DNA of 64,000 nt from an uncultured Gammaproteobacteria bacterium (GCA_964510885.1 CAZEDL010000001.1:129310-193309); one strand, 5' to 3'. Positions 1 to 7,950 are shown, counted from the stretch's first letter. Notes: a model not told the origin generated them from the sequence alone. Program-made: numbers and translations.

Positions 1-135
1 GATGGGACACTGACCATTGGATGCCTGAGTAGTACCATAGCTCAAGAAATAAAATTACAAGAAAGCAGTTTAATTACCGCTATAAATAAGCGTCTTGGAG
101 CTAGCCTGGTAAAAAAACTTCGTTATTTGCAATAA
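1..135 (+). CDS. 3-prime fragment of a gene that starts upstream of the window; the tail resembles DUF721/DciA-like C-termini
   Basis: Open frame running from the window edge to TAA at 133-135. The translation ends in ...GTLTIGCLSSTIAQEIKLQESSLITAINKRLGASLVKKLRYLQ. No start codon lies inside the window. Confidence 0.3.
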   Translation, partial: DGTLTIGCLSSTIAQEIKLQESSLITAINKRLGASLVKKLRYLQ

Positions 136-156
136 TATTTATTATTACCACTTCAT

Positions 157-838
157 ATGCGAGAAAACTCTGGCCTTAATAGACCGCTAGCTTTCGAAGC
201 TACAGATCCATCTAAGCCGCTGAGCTTGCAAGAATTTACTGAGATACTAGCCGAGACAAATGTCGGTAGCGGCGATGATGATAAATACCTGACTGCCGAA
301 GTTATCAGAGACCATGCTAAAATTTTATTTGCCATGAAAAGCTGCCGGAAATTAAACGATATCTGGAAACTCACAGTGATTTTGATAATCTTGATAGTTT
401 TGCAACGTTTCATCTAGCCAATCAATTGGGAGTTGAGCTCATGCTTGATTCAACTTCCGATGAAACCATTGCCAATGCTTATGAAGATTTAAAAGACTTA
501 AGAAAAACAGAAGATGAGCGGCAAGTATACCTGGGACTCAAAAAAAATCCGGCCACATTAAGGTTGTGGACCTGAGCACAGAACCGTCCGGAAAGGTTGA
601 ACCTCATACTCAATTTAGAAGCGCTGATTTATCAGATTAATCAGACGTGGGTAGCGATGATCCAGAAGCAGATTTTAAGCCAGAGGAAACAGATATTACC
701 CCGCTCCATAGTCCAATCTATATTTCTGGTGAAGCAACCAGCGTAAATTTAGGCTTAGATAAAAAATTAACTGATGAACCTCCAAATACTAAAAAGAAAA
801 AATCAACCCTACCTGGACCGTTAGAAATGATGCTCTAA
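157..838 (+). pseudogene. Degenerate gene remnant: ORF fragments in three different frames with an in-frame TGA
   Basis: The 157-417 ORF (frame 1), the 441-575 ORF (frame 0) and the 647-838 ORF (frame 2) abut each other. Frame 0 continues open beyond the TGA at 573-575 for another ~65 codons. The peptide ETIANAYEDLKDLRKTEDERQVYLGLKK is reminiscent of Rpn/YhgA-type (PD-(D/E)xK) transposase-like C-termini, but this is weak. Confidence 0.3.
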
Positions 839-904
839 AACTAGCCTAGTTAGATTGATAAAATAAATATTAAAAAACACCCCTGTATAATGGGTGTTTT
901 TTCG

Positions 905-977
905 TGGGTCGGCTGGGGTTCGAACCCAGGACCTTATCCTTAAAAGGGATCTGCTCTACCAGCTGAGCTACCGACCC
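905..977 (-). tRNA. tRNA-Lys (anticodon TTT)
   Basis: The reverse complement reads GGGTCGGTAGCTCAGCTGGTAGAGCAGATCCCTTTTAAGGATAAGGTCCTGGGTTCGAACCCCAGCCGACCCA. It has a 7-bp acceptor stem, a D-arm GCTC/GAGC, an anticodon loop CTTTTAA and a T-arm CTGGG-TTCGAAC-CCCAG. No CCA is encoded. Confidence 0.85.
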
Positions 978-1118
978 GAATATGACCACAAAATAATAGC
1001 ACAGCACCCCAAAATGATCAAGGCCGCTATTCCACAGAATCCCATTTGTCTAAAAAATAGACTTTTTTCAGCTATTTGCTATACTTTCTCTAACTTTAGC
1101 CTTTTCTAAACCTAGTCT

Positions 1119-1694
1119 ATGCTCAACAAAAAATACTTCCAAACCGTACGCGAGGAACTACTATCCTACGCCGAAAAACGTCGCGAAGTCATTAAATCCT
1201 CCGGTGATGCTCAGCACCAGGCTAAACGGGCTATTTTTGCCCTGCAGCGCGATGACCGCCCAGAAGCTAAGAAATGCCTCGATACCGCCAGCGAGCTGCT
1301 TATGGGCCTAAATAAGCGCTACCACAAGAGTCCAGAGTTATTCGAAGAAGGGTCTTACCGAGCCTCGCTTGAAGAATATGTCGAAGCTTGGCTATTTCAT
1401 GAATACCTCGAGGGTCGTGATATGGGCCCGGTCAACGGCCTCACCGTCGACCCGGATTTATATGTTAGCGGCCTCGCTGATGTTCCCGGAGAAATGCTGC
1501 GCTATGCCATTAAAGCTGCCACCGAACGCGATTTTATGATGGTAAAAAAATGCTACCAAGCTGCCGAAATGATTGTCAGCGAAATGGTAGATATGGACCT
1601 CACTGGTTATAACCGCCAAAAATTTGACCAAGCCAAACAAGCTCTCAACAAACTCCAACAAGTAGTATACGAAGTGAGCCTCAAAACGTCATAA
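1119..1694 (+). CDS. Hypothetical helical protein, possibly translin-family
   Basis: 191-aa ORF with no competing frame. The motif LEEYVEAWLFHEYLEG and its length and helical character are loosely translin-like. Assignment is tentative. Confidence 0.5.
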   Translation: MLNKKYFQTVREELLSYAEKRREVIKSSGDAQHQAKRAIFALQRDDRPEAKKCLDTASELLMGLNKRYHKSPELFEEGSYRASLEEYVEAWLFHEYLEGRDMGPVNGLTVDPDLYVSGLADVPGEMLRYAIKAATERDFMMVKKCYQAAEMIVSEMVDMDLTGYNRQKFDQAKQALNKLQQVVYEVSLKTS

Positions 1695-1710
1695 TACTCG
1701 ATAGAGCGGT

Positions 1711-3027
1711 ATGTCGTTTGTGTCGAGATTTAAAAATTATGGCCACCTGCTAGTCGCAATACTGGCCTATTGGCGCTATGGCCGACCCGCCCGACAGCTG
1801 GTCGTTGTTGGCGTCACGGGCACCAAAGGTAAATCCACCACCAGTCGCCTGATCGCTTCGGTGCTAGAAGCCGGTGGTAAAAAAGTTGGCCTACTTTCAA
1901 CCGTCGAATTCCAGATTGGCTCTGAACGTTTCCCAAACGAACGCAAAATGACGATGCTTGGCCACGGCGAAATTCAAGGTCTGCTCAGGCGTATGGTAAG
2001 TGCTGGCTGCACGCATGTGGTGGTTGAAACCTCATCTCAGGGAATTCTGCAATATCGCCACTATGGTCTGCATTATGATATTGCCGTCTTTACCAATTTA
2101 GCACCCGAACATGTCGAAGCACATGGCGGATTTGACAATTTAAAAAGGGATAAAGGAAAATTATTCGCCGCTCTTAACAATCCCCACAAAGAATTAAACG
2201 GGATAATTATTCCTAAAATAATCGTCGCCAATAGCGACGACGAGCATGCCGACTATTATTTAAATTTTAAAGCCGATCAAAAATACGCCTATACACTAAA
2301 GTCATCGAGCCATCCTACTTCTGCTGTTTCTGTTATCCAAGCGAGCGATATTACGAGCACTGGGCAGGGGAGTACTTTTACCGTATCGGGACAAAAATAT
2401 TCTCTACCGTTATTTGGCATATTCAACGTAAGTAATGCCCTGGCTGCAATTACTGTAGCAAAAGCCGTCGGCATCTCAAGTACCGACATTGCTTCGGGCC
2501 TAGTGAGTGTCAGCCATATTACTGGCCGCCTTGAAGCTATCGACTGCGGCCAACCCTTTAAAGTATTTGTGGATTATGCCCACGATCCGCTCAGCATCAA
2601 AAGCGTCCTTGAAGCGGTGCGACAATTACACCTGGCTGCCGGCCAAAAACTTATTTCTGTAATTGGTTCTGATGGCGGCGGTCGCGATGTCGGCAAACGC
2701 AGAGTTACTGGTGAACTCGCGAAAAAACTATCGGATATCGTTATTGTTACCACCACCGATCCCTATGACGAAGACCCGGCTGCCATTGTTGAGATGGTAG
2801 TTGCCGGGGCTCTTAGATCAGGAGGAGTCATTAATCAATCAGTATTTGAAATTCCTGATCGCAAAATCGCTATCGAAAAGGCTCTGTCGCTCGCTGGCAG
2901 GGGAGATGCCGTGATACTTACCGCCAAAGGCCATGAAACGTGTATGGCAGTAAAAAACGGCCAGAAAATCCCGTGGAGCGACCGCTCTGTTGTAGAGGCT
3001 TACCTAAAAAGTCGGCCACTACCTTAA
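1711..3027 (+). CDS. murE: Mur ligase family protein, MurE-like (UDP-MurNAc-tripeptide synthetase) lacking the usual N-terminal domain
   Basis: P-loop GVTGTKGKSTT near the N-terminus. Central TSSQGILQYR...FTNLAPEHVEAHG matches the MurE central domain. C-terminal DYAHDPLSIK and TAKGHETCMAVKNGQKIPWSD match the MurE DYAHTPDAL and AGKGHE..F.D motifs. Confidence 0.75.
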   Translation: MSFVSRFKNYGHLLVAILAYWRYGRPARQLVVVGVTGTKGKSTTSRLIASVLEAGGKKVGLLSTVEFQIGSERFPNERKMTMLGHGEIQGLLRRMVSAGCTHVVVETSSQGILQYRHYGLHYDIAVFTNLAPEHVEAHGGFDNLKRDKGKLFAALNNPHKELNGIIIPKIIVANSDDEHADYYLNFKADQKYAYTLKSSSHPTSAVSVIQASDITSTGQGSTFTVSGQKYSLPLFGIFNVSNALAAITVAKAVGISSTDIASGLVSVSHITGRLEAIDCGQPFKVFVDYAHDPLSIKSVLEAVRQLHLAAGQKLISVIGSDGGGRDVGKRRVTGELAKKLSDIVIVTTTDPYDEDPAAIVEMVVAGALRSGGVINQSVFEIPDRKIAIEKALSLAGRGDAVILTAKGHETCMAVKNGQKIPWSDRSVVEAYLKSRPLP

Positions 3028-3061
3028 CCTGTGGTATACTACTAAGCACCATACATTACCT

Positions 3062-3469
3062 ATGCCGCAGCGTCCGCGCTGGAATGCTTTTTTTGCTTCA
3101 CAATGGACCACCATTATATTGCTGGCTTTGTTAGTGTTACTCGCAATCGGCTACGGCTCGGCCTATTATCAGCATTACCAAGTACAACAAGAAATAAGAC
3201 GCCTCGAGCGCCAAGCCGAAGACCTCAAAGCCAAAAAATTAAAAACCTTGGAATTGCTCAAATATGTCGAATCCCCAGCCTTTGTAGAAGAGCGGGCTCG
3301 CCTCGAGCTCAATCTCGGCCGCCCTGGTGAGAAAATGATGGTAATTGATTCTGGCGCCGCCGCTCCGCCTAGACAATCCCTAGTGAATATGTTAGAACAA
3401 AACCGGCCGGTATTATCCAACCAAACTAAATGGTGGAATTACTTTTTCTCCCCGGCAGGCGACACATAA
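3062..3469 (+). CDS. ftsB: Septum formation initiator FtsB/DivIC/FtsL-like
   Basis: N-terminal TM segment, then a coiled coil (QQEIRRLERQAEDLKAKKLK), then the conserved PAFVEERARLELNLGRPGEKMMVI motif. Confidence 0.7.
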   Translation: MPQRPRWNAFFASQWTTIILLALLVLLAIGYGSAYYQHYQVQQEIRRLERQAEDLKAKKLKTLELLKYVESPAFVEERARLELNLGRPGEKMMVIDSGAAAPPRQSLVNMLEQNRPVLSNQTKWWNYFFSPAGDT

Positions 3470-3513
3470 GCTAGTACCTATAGTATATTAAATTTTTTTC
3501 ATCATCTCATCCT

Positions 3514-4542
3514 ATGGAAACTACTGATCTAAAACAAATGCCGCGCCTGACTAGTAATCAAAACCTACGCAATTTTATATACGGAATTGCCGGCCTCTTA
3601 ATCGTAGCAATCGTGGCTGTGGTCGGGACCGGAATCTTCCGAGTCTATCGCCAAGGAGCCACCGATCGTTTCAGCCGCACCGTGGCGAGCGCCTTGCATT
3701 TGCCAATTGCTAAAATCAACGGCGAAACCATTCTCTACAGCGATTATGCGCACGACCTTGAAGCTATTAATCTAAAAAGCGCCTACGATAAATCGCACAA
3801 TGGCCCGACCGCAAATCTTAGCAATGTTGAAAAATCAGACCAAGTATTGTGGCGCCTTAGCAACAACGCGCTTATCGAAGCCAGTGCCAAAAAATATAAT
3901 GTCACCGCTTCTCCTGAAGAGATAAAAGAGATCAGAGAAAAAATTCTGACAAAATTCAATGGCGACGCCGCCGCCGCAGACACCCAATTATCGGCTGAAT
4001 TTGGTTGGAATTTAGCCACCTATGAACAGAAGGTCGTTGTCCCTTATATTCTAGGGAGCAAAATCATAGCCATTCTCGAAACAGAGCCGACCACTCGCAA
4101 CGAAAGCCGTGCCTTGGCCCAAAGCATTCTTGATCAACTCAAAAAAGGAGCTGATTTCGCCGATCTGGCCGCCCGCTATGGCGAGGATGGCAGCGCCGAA
4201 GATGGCGGGGATCTTGGTTGGTTTGGACGCGGAGTGATGGTGCCGCAGTTTGAAACACCGGCCTTTAAACTTAAAAAAGGCGAGCTAAGCCCAGAGTTAG
4301 TTGAAACCACGTATGGGTTTCACATCATTAAAGTCGAAGACACTCGCGTAAATAATGAAAAAGATCCTAAGACCAATAAACCTGTCGGCCAAGAAATAAA
4401 AGGCCGTCATATCCTAATTCGCTTCGCTAGCTTAACCCGCTTTCTAAATGAACAAACTCGCACGGCCGATTTGCACTTATACGTAAATATCCATAATCCA
4501 TTCAAAGAGCCGCCGACCACAACTCCAGCTCCTCAATCCTAA
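3514..4542 (+). CDS. Parvulin-type peptidyl-prolyl cis-trans isomerase (PpiC/PrsA/SurA-like), membrane anchored
   Basis: N-terminal TM segment. C-terminal rotamase domain contains GADFADLAARYGEDGSAEDGGDLGWFGRGVMVPQFE...GFHIIKVED. Confidence 0.8.
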   Translation: METTDLKQMPRLTSNQNLRNFIYGIAGLLIVAIVAVVGTGIFRVYRQGATDRFSRTVASALHLPIAKINGETILYSDYAHDLEAINLKSAYDKSHNGPTANLSNVEKSDQVLWRLSNNALIEASAKKYNVTASPEEIKEIREKILTKFNGDAAAADTQLSAEFGWNLATYEQKVVVPYILGSKIIAILETEPTTRNESRALAQSILDQLKKGADFADLAARYGEDGSAEDGGDLGWFGRGVMVPQFETPAFKLKKGELSPELVETTYGFHIIKVEDTRVNNEKDPKTNKPVGQEIKGRHILIRFASLTRFLNEQTRTADLHLYVNIHNPFKEPPTTTPAPQS

Positions 4543-4565
4543 ATTCTGGCCGCCATGCGGCCTCC

Positions 4566-4636
4566 TGCGGGCGTAGTACAATGGTAGTACATTGGCTTCC
4601 CAAGCCAAGGACGTGGGTCCGATTCCCATCGCCCGC
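4566..4636 (+). tRNA. tRNA-Gly (anticodon CCC)
   Basis: GCGGGCGTAGTACAATGGTAGTACATTGGCTTCCCAAGCCAAGGACGTGGGTCCGATTCCCATCGCCCGCT. Cloverleaf with anticodon loop TTCCCAA. Very close to canonical bacterial tRNA-Gly(CCC). Confidence 0.85.
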
Positions 4637-4694
4637 TCAAAAATGAAATAAAATTTGACAACTAAATTAATCTACCGAACTTGATAACTTCCCT

Positions 4695-4818
4695 AATCGG
4701 ACAGGGGGAAGGATTGGGAACCGCCAGGTTCCCACTGCTGCTGGGGAGAGCACACGAGAGGGCGAAAGCCCTTTCGTGAGAGGCACGAAGTGCCGAGTCC
4801 GATTCCCATCGCCCGATC
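4695..4818 (+). ncRNA. Unclassified structured RNA-like element ending in a duplicate of the tRNA-Gly 3-prime end
   Basis: Outer stem ATCGGAC (4695-4701) pairs with GTCCGAT (4796-4802). Inside are three hairpins: GGGAACC-gcca-GGTTCCC, CACGAGAGGGC-GAAA-GCCCTTTCGTG with a GNRA tetraloop, and GGCAC-gaa-GTGCC. The 3-prime 23 nt, GTCCGATTCCCATCGCCCGATCA, repeat tRNA-Gly positions 4616-4638 with one mismatch. A TTGACA hexamer lies upstream at 4655-4660 and a terminator follows immediately. Confidence 0.3.
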
Positions 4819-4822
4819 AAAC

Positions 4823-4858
4823 AAAAAATCTATGCCGTCTGGCATAGATTTTTATTTT
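4823..4858. terminator. Bidirectional intrinsic terminator
   Basis: AAAAAATCTATGCC-gtct-GGCATAGATTTTTATTTT. A perfect 10-bp stem is flanked by an A-run on one side and a T-run on the other. It serves the + strand tRNA/RNA element and the convergent minus-strand gene that ends at 4868. Confidence 0.75.
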
Positions 4859-4867
4859 AAGGTATAT

Positions 4868-5206
4868 TTATCCGTATTGCTGAATCGAGCTTTTACGGGC
4901 CTCGGCCTGAGTACTGAGTTCCGTTTTAATCCGCTCCGCTTCTGCCTCAACCAGCTCCCCATCATATTCACCCGCATGAGCGGTAACACCGGTATAGACC
5001 GTTGCCCGCTGGTCAAGATGCAAATTGAGCTGAGCGGTTTCACCCCGGTCCTCAACATACAAATGAAACCGGGGGTACAAATCATGCCGTACCCGACGCA
5101 CAAAACTTTGCGTACCATGCCGACGATCTTGAAGAACACTATACCCAAGGCGGCGGAGAGTAATGGTCGGATTACCTAATTCTATTTTAGAAATCATTAT
5201 TTTCAT
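4868..5206 (-). CDS. Small protein, possibly a ribosome hibernation factor (HPF/RaiA-like); tentative
   Basis: 112 aa. The stretch LNLHLDQRATVYTGVTAHAGEYDGELVEAEAERIKTEL loosely follows the HPF pattern (LHVNG..A....DMYAAID.L.DKLERQL). The gene ends in the shared terminator. The frame competes with ORF 4852-5148. Confidence 0.3.
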   Translation of the reverse strand: MKIMISKIELGNPTITLRRLGYSVLQDRRHGTQSFVRRVRHDLYPRFHLYVEDRGETAQLNLHLDQRATVYTGVTAHAGEYDGELVEAEAERIKTELSTQAEARKSSIQQYG

Positions 5207-5214
5207 AAATATCT

Positions 5215-5658
5215 ATGTTATCACAGGATACACCGCAACACTTTGCCGATCAAGAGCAAGAAAAATTTGACCAAATCCGCGCATGGGAAAAACTTCTTAC
5301 GGAAGCTGTTTTCCAAACTTTTGTAGTAAAACAACTCTTCCCCGAAGCAGAAAGTGACGAAGCTGCTTTTGGAAAATACATTGGGGAAACCCCGGCTACT
5401 GGCTATAACACTGATTATCGAGCCGCCCTTAAAGAAATTAAAGATAACGACGATTATTCAAAATTAAGGGACGAACTTAAAAGTGTGATTGCTTTATGTC
5501 ATACTGAAAATCCAACCGGGGCTCAAAGTGTAAAAAGTGCCCGCGTGGACACCCTAATTACTAACTTACCAGAAGGCGCCAAAGAAGCAATTGGTCATTT
5601 TACGGCTGGGCTAACTGAAGTAATTCACACTATAAGAGCCAAAAAAAGTAAAAACTAG
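5215..5658 (+). CDS. Hypothetical protein
   Basis: 147-aa ORF, divergent from the 4868-5206 gene. No recognisable motif. Confidence 0.5.
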   Translation: MLSQDTPQHFADQEQEKFDQIRAWEKLLTEAVFQTFVVKQLFPEAESDEAAFGKYIGETPATGYNTDYRAALKEIKDNDDYSKLRDELKSVIALCHTENPTGAQSVKSARVDTLITNLPEGAKEAIGHFTAGLTEVIHTIRAKKSKN

Positions 5659-5661
5659 CAT

Positions 5662-5988
5662 ATGATTGAATCAGACTACGTCCGATTAGTAATTTGCACC
5701 CCAACAACACATGCGGATATCGTACGAAGCGCTCTAGGAGATGCCGGGGCAGGGGAGCAGGGCAACTATAGTCATTGTTCCTCTTCATACCGAAGCACAG
5801 GGCGTTTCATACCGCTAACCGGAGCCGATCCAGCTGTTGGAACCATAGGAGTGCTCGAAACAGTTGCCGAAGAAACAATCGTTACTATTTGTCATAAAGA
5901 CAAGCTAAAAGATGTAATTGCTGCAGTCAAAAAAGTGCACCCTTACGAAGAAGTCCCGATTGACATAATACCTCGTTTTGAGGTATAA
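5662..5988 (+). CDS. Small PII/CutA-like fold protein resembling the inserted domain of NIF3/YqfO-family proteins
   Basis: Motifs AGAGEQGNYSHCSSSYRSTGRFIPLTGADPAVG and HPYEEVPIDIIP. It starts 4 nt after the previous ORF. Confidence 0.5.
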   Translation: MIESDYVRLVICTPTTHADIVRSALGDAGAGEQGNYSHCSSSYRSTGRFIPLTGADPAVGTIGVLETVAEETIVTICHKDKLKDVIAAVKKVHPYEEVPIDIIPRFEV

Positions 5989-6013
5989 CGTGTAAGCCAA
6001 AACGGCCAAATAT

Positions 6014-6086
6014 GCCGCCTTAGCTCAGTTGGTAGAGCGACACATTCGTAACGTGTAGGTCCGGGGTTCGATCCCCCGAGGTGGCT
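6014..6086 (+). tRNA. tRNA-Thr (anticodon CGT)
   Basis: GCCGCCTTAGCTCAGTTGGTAGAGCGACACATTCGTAACGTGTAGGTCCGGGGTTCGATCCCCCGAGGTGGCT. Anticodon loop TTCGTAA. Resembles E. coli tRNA-Thr(CGU). Confidence 0.8.
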
Positions 6087-6100
6087 CGCGTATTATCCAC

Positions 6101-6125
6101 AAACCGACTATAGGTCGGTTTTTTA
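6101..6125 (+). terminator. Intrinsic terminator after tRNA-Thr
   Basis: AACCGAC-tatag-GTCGGTT followed by TTTTT. Confidence 0.7.
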
Positions 6126-6138
6126 ATTATTATTTTAA

Positions 6139-6147
6139 TGCTATAAT
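6139..6147 (+). promoter_or_regulatory. Extended -10 promoter (TGcTATAAT) for ftsEX; near-leaderless
   Basis: TGCTATAAT at 6139-6147. The ftsE ATG lies at 6156, about 9 nt downstream of the -10 element. Confidence 0.4.
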
Positions 6148-6155
6148 GGACATCT

Positions 6156-6836
6156 ATGATAAAGCTGCATGGTGTTTCCAAATTCTATTCTCACAATTCA
6201 GTCGGCCTTCGCGATATTAATCTTGATATCAAAGCCGGAGAATTTGTCTCGGTAGTTGGCCAAAGTGGGGTAGGCAAGACCACTTTCATCAAACTTCTTA
6301 TTGCCGAAGAACGCCCTACCAAGGGTACCATCGAAATCGGCGGCTGGAATATTACCAAAATTAACCGTGATACCATTCCATACCTTCGCCGCCAGATCGG
6401 CGTAATTTTTCAGGATTTTAAATTATTGCCCAAAAAAACCGTGTTTGAAAATGTAGCTTTTGCTCTCGAAGTCGCTGGTGCACCATCCTCGCGAATCAAA
6501 GAAGTTGTCCCAAAAGTTCTTGATATCGTCGGCCTCAGCGGCAAACACCACCGCTTTCCGAACCAGATCTCTGGTGGAGAGCAGCAGCGCGTGGTTATTG
6601 CCCGATCCCTGGTGCATACACCAAAAATTATTGTGGCCGATGAGCCCACTGGCAACCTTGATTCGATTAACACCGAAGAAATTATTTCTATTCTAAAAAA
6701 AATCAACGAATTCGGCACCACGATAGTGCTTGTTACGCATAATCGCGAAGTGGTTAATCACCTACGACGCCGTGTCGTCACCTTGCATGACGGCCAAATT
6801 ATCAATGATAGCCTAGAAGGAAAGTATATCTTATAA
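6156..6836 (+). CDS. ftsE: Cell division ABC ATPase FtsE
   Basis: Walker A GQSGVGKTT, signature ISGGEQQRVVIARSL and Walker B IIVADEPTGNLD. Immediately upstream of the FtsX-like permease. Confidence 0.85.
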   Translation: MIKLHGVSKFYSHNSVGLRDINLDIKAGEFVSVVGQSGVGKTTFIKLLIAEERPTKGTIEIGGWNITKINRDTIPYLRRQIGVIFQDFKLLPKKTVFENVAFALEVAGAPSSRIKEVVPKVLDIVGLSGKHHRFPNQISGGEQQRVVIARSLVHTPKIIVADEPTGNLDSINTEEIISILKKINEFGTTIVLVTHNREVVNHLRRRVVTLHDGQIINDSLEGKYIL

Positions 6837-6904
6837 AAGCTTGTTCTTTGCGTATAATTACTAACAATTTAGCATTGTAACACTTTAACAATTCCGGCAT
6901 ACGT

Positions 6905-7813
6905 ATGGTATCACTACTCCGAATCATAAAATTCGCCTTTCAAGACATCGCTCGCAACCTCGGCCTGTCGCTCATGACGGTGTTTATTTTGGTGCTCATG
7001 CTTGTTTCGGTCAACATGCTCTGGTCCGTGAAGATTCTTACCACCGAAGCCGTCACCTTAGTGAAAGATCAGGTAAATGTCAGCCTCTACCTGAACGGTG
7101 AAGTGACCGACAAGGATGTCACCAGTGTTACCGATTACATCAAATCATTCCCCGAAGTTACGAGCCTCAAAACCCTCACTCGAGCCGAAGTGCTACAGAC
7201 ATTTAAAGATCGTCACCAGGTACGCACAGAAGTATTGCAAGCGCTTGAAGAACTTGGGGGCAACCCATTTGGCCCGACCCTTGTCATCACTGCCCGAGAA
7301 CCTGGGGATTACACCAAAATTATTGATGCCCTGAATGTCCCAGAATATGATCATCTGATCGAGGCTAAAAGCTTCGATGGGCATGAAGCCGCTATTGACC
7401 GTATCCAGATCATTACGAACCGGGTAGAAAAAATCGGGCTTGGCTTATCGCTCGTGTTTGCGATTATTTCGTTCTTGATCATCTTTAATACCATCCGTGT
7501 AGCCATCTATACCCAGCGGGTAGAAATCAGCATCAAACGCCTCGTAGGGGCGAATAACTGGTTCATTCGTGGCCCATACCTCGTGGAATCAGTCATTTTC
7601 ACCTTCATTAGCCTGGTGATCACTGGCGGCCTGATTTACTTTACCCTTAGCCATTTTGACCCCTATTTAAGCGTAGTCTTCCCCAGCTCCTTCTCCTTGA
7701 CAAGTTACTATAAGTTGCATATCTTGTTCTTGTGCTTAATCCAAGGCGGAGCGGTATTATTCCTGACCACCATCTCCAGCAGCCTAGCGATGAGCAAAAA
7801 TCTCAAAGTCTAG
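6905..7813 (+). CDS. ftsX: Cell division permease FtsX
   Basis: N-terminal TM segment, periplasmic domain, and a C-terminal three-TM bundle with the FtsX-type segment (GANNWFIRGPYL). Confidence 0.8.
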   Translation: MVSLLRIIKFAFQDIARNLGLSLMTVFILVLMLVSVNMLWSVKILTTEAVTLVKDQVNVSLYLNGEVTDKDVTSVTDYIKSFPEVTSLKTLTRAEVLQTFKDRHQVRTEVLQALEELGGNPFGPTLVITAREPGDYTKIIDALNVPEYDHLIEAKSFDGHEAAIDRIQIITNRVEKIGLGLSLVFAIISFLIIFNTIRVAIYTQRVEISIKRLVGANNWFIRGPYLVESVIFTFISLVITGGLIYFTLSHFDPYLSVVFPSSFSLTSYYKLHILFLCLIQGGAVLFLTTISSSLAMSKNLKV

Positions 7814-7836
7814 CGGAAATAGGGGAGTACACACCT

Positions 7837-7865
7837 ATCCGTCCGCCACGGCAGACGGATTTTTC
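7837..7865 (+). terminator. Intrinsic terminator after ftsX
   Basis: ATCCGTC-cgccacggca-GACGGAT followed by TTTTT. Confidence 0.6.
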
Positions 7866-7875
7866 AATAGTATAT

Positions 7876-7946
7876 TCGGGGATCGTCTAACGGTAGGACA
7901 GCAGCCTTTGAAGCTGTTTATCTTGGTTCGATTCCAAGTCCCCGAG
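7876..7946 (+). tRNA. tRNA-Gln (anticodon TTG)
   Basis: TCGGGGATCGTCTAACGGTAGGACAGCAGCCTTTGAAGCTGTTTATCTTGGTTCGATTCCAAGTCCCCGAG. 7-bp acceptor stem TCGGGGA/TCCCCGA, anticodon loop CTTTGAA. Confidence 0.8.
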
Positions 7947-7950
7947 CAAG

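Noticed and set aside
573-575. Possible UGA-recoding (genetic code 25) explaining the in-frame TGA in the 441-770 reading frame
   Set aside because: fmt terminates at TGA (50346-48), and long ORFs such as the 877-aa clpB are uninterrupted under the standard code. The standard code applies, so the TGA is a real nonsense codon in a pseudogene.
894-1109. 71-aa plus-strand ORF
   Set aside because: It lies entirely across the minus-strand tRNA-Lys (905-977) and its flanks. Spurious.
4690-4818. Second tRNA gene or intron-containing tRNA downstream of tRNA-Gly
   Set aside because: The segment has the T-arm and acceptor 3-prime strand but no complementary 5-prime acceptor strand, D-arm or anticodon arm. 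The ~110 nt between cannot be folded into a cloverleaf.
4690-4818. tmRNA, RNase P RNA, SRP (4.5S) RNA or 6S RNA
   Set aside because: It is too short for tmRNA or RNase P, and their conserved blocks are absent (tag ORF, GGAAAGTCCGG, ACAGAACCCGGCTTA). The SRP domain IV motif (GGAAGGAAGCAGCC plus a symmetric loop) is not present.
4790-5179. 129-aa plus-strand ORF
   Set aside because: It starts inside the RNA element, runs through the bidirectional terminator and overlaps the minus-strand gene. It is a hydrophobic, low-complexity translation.
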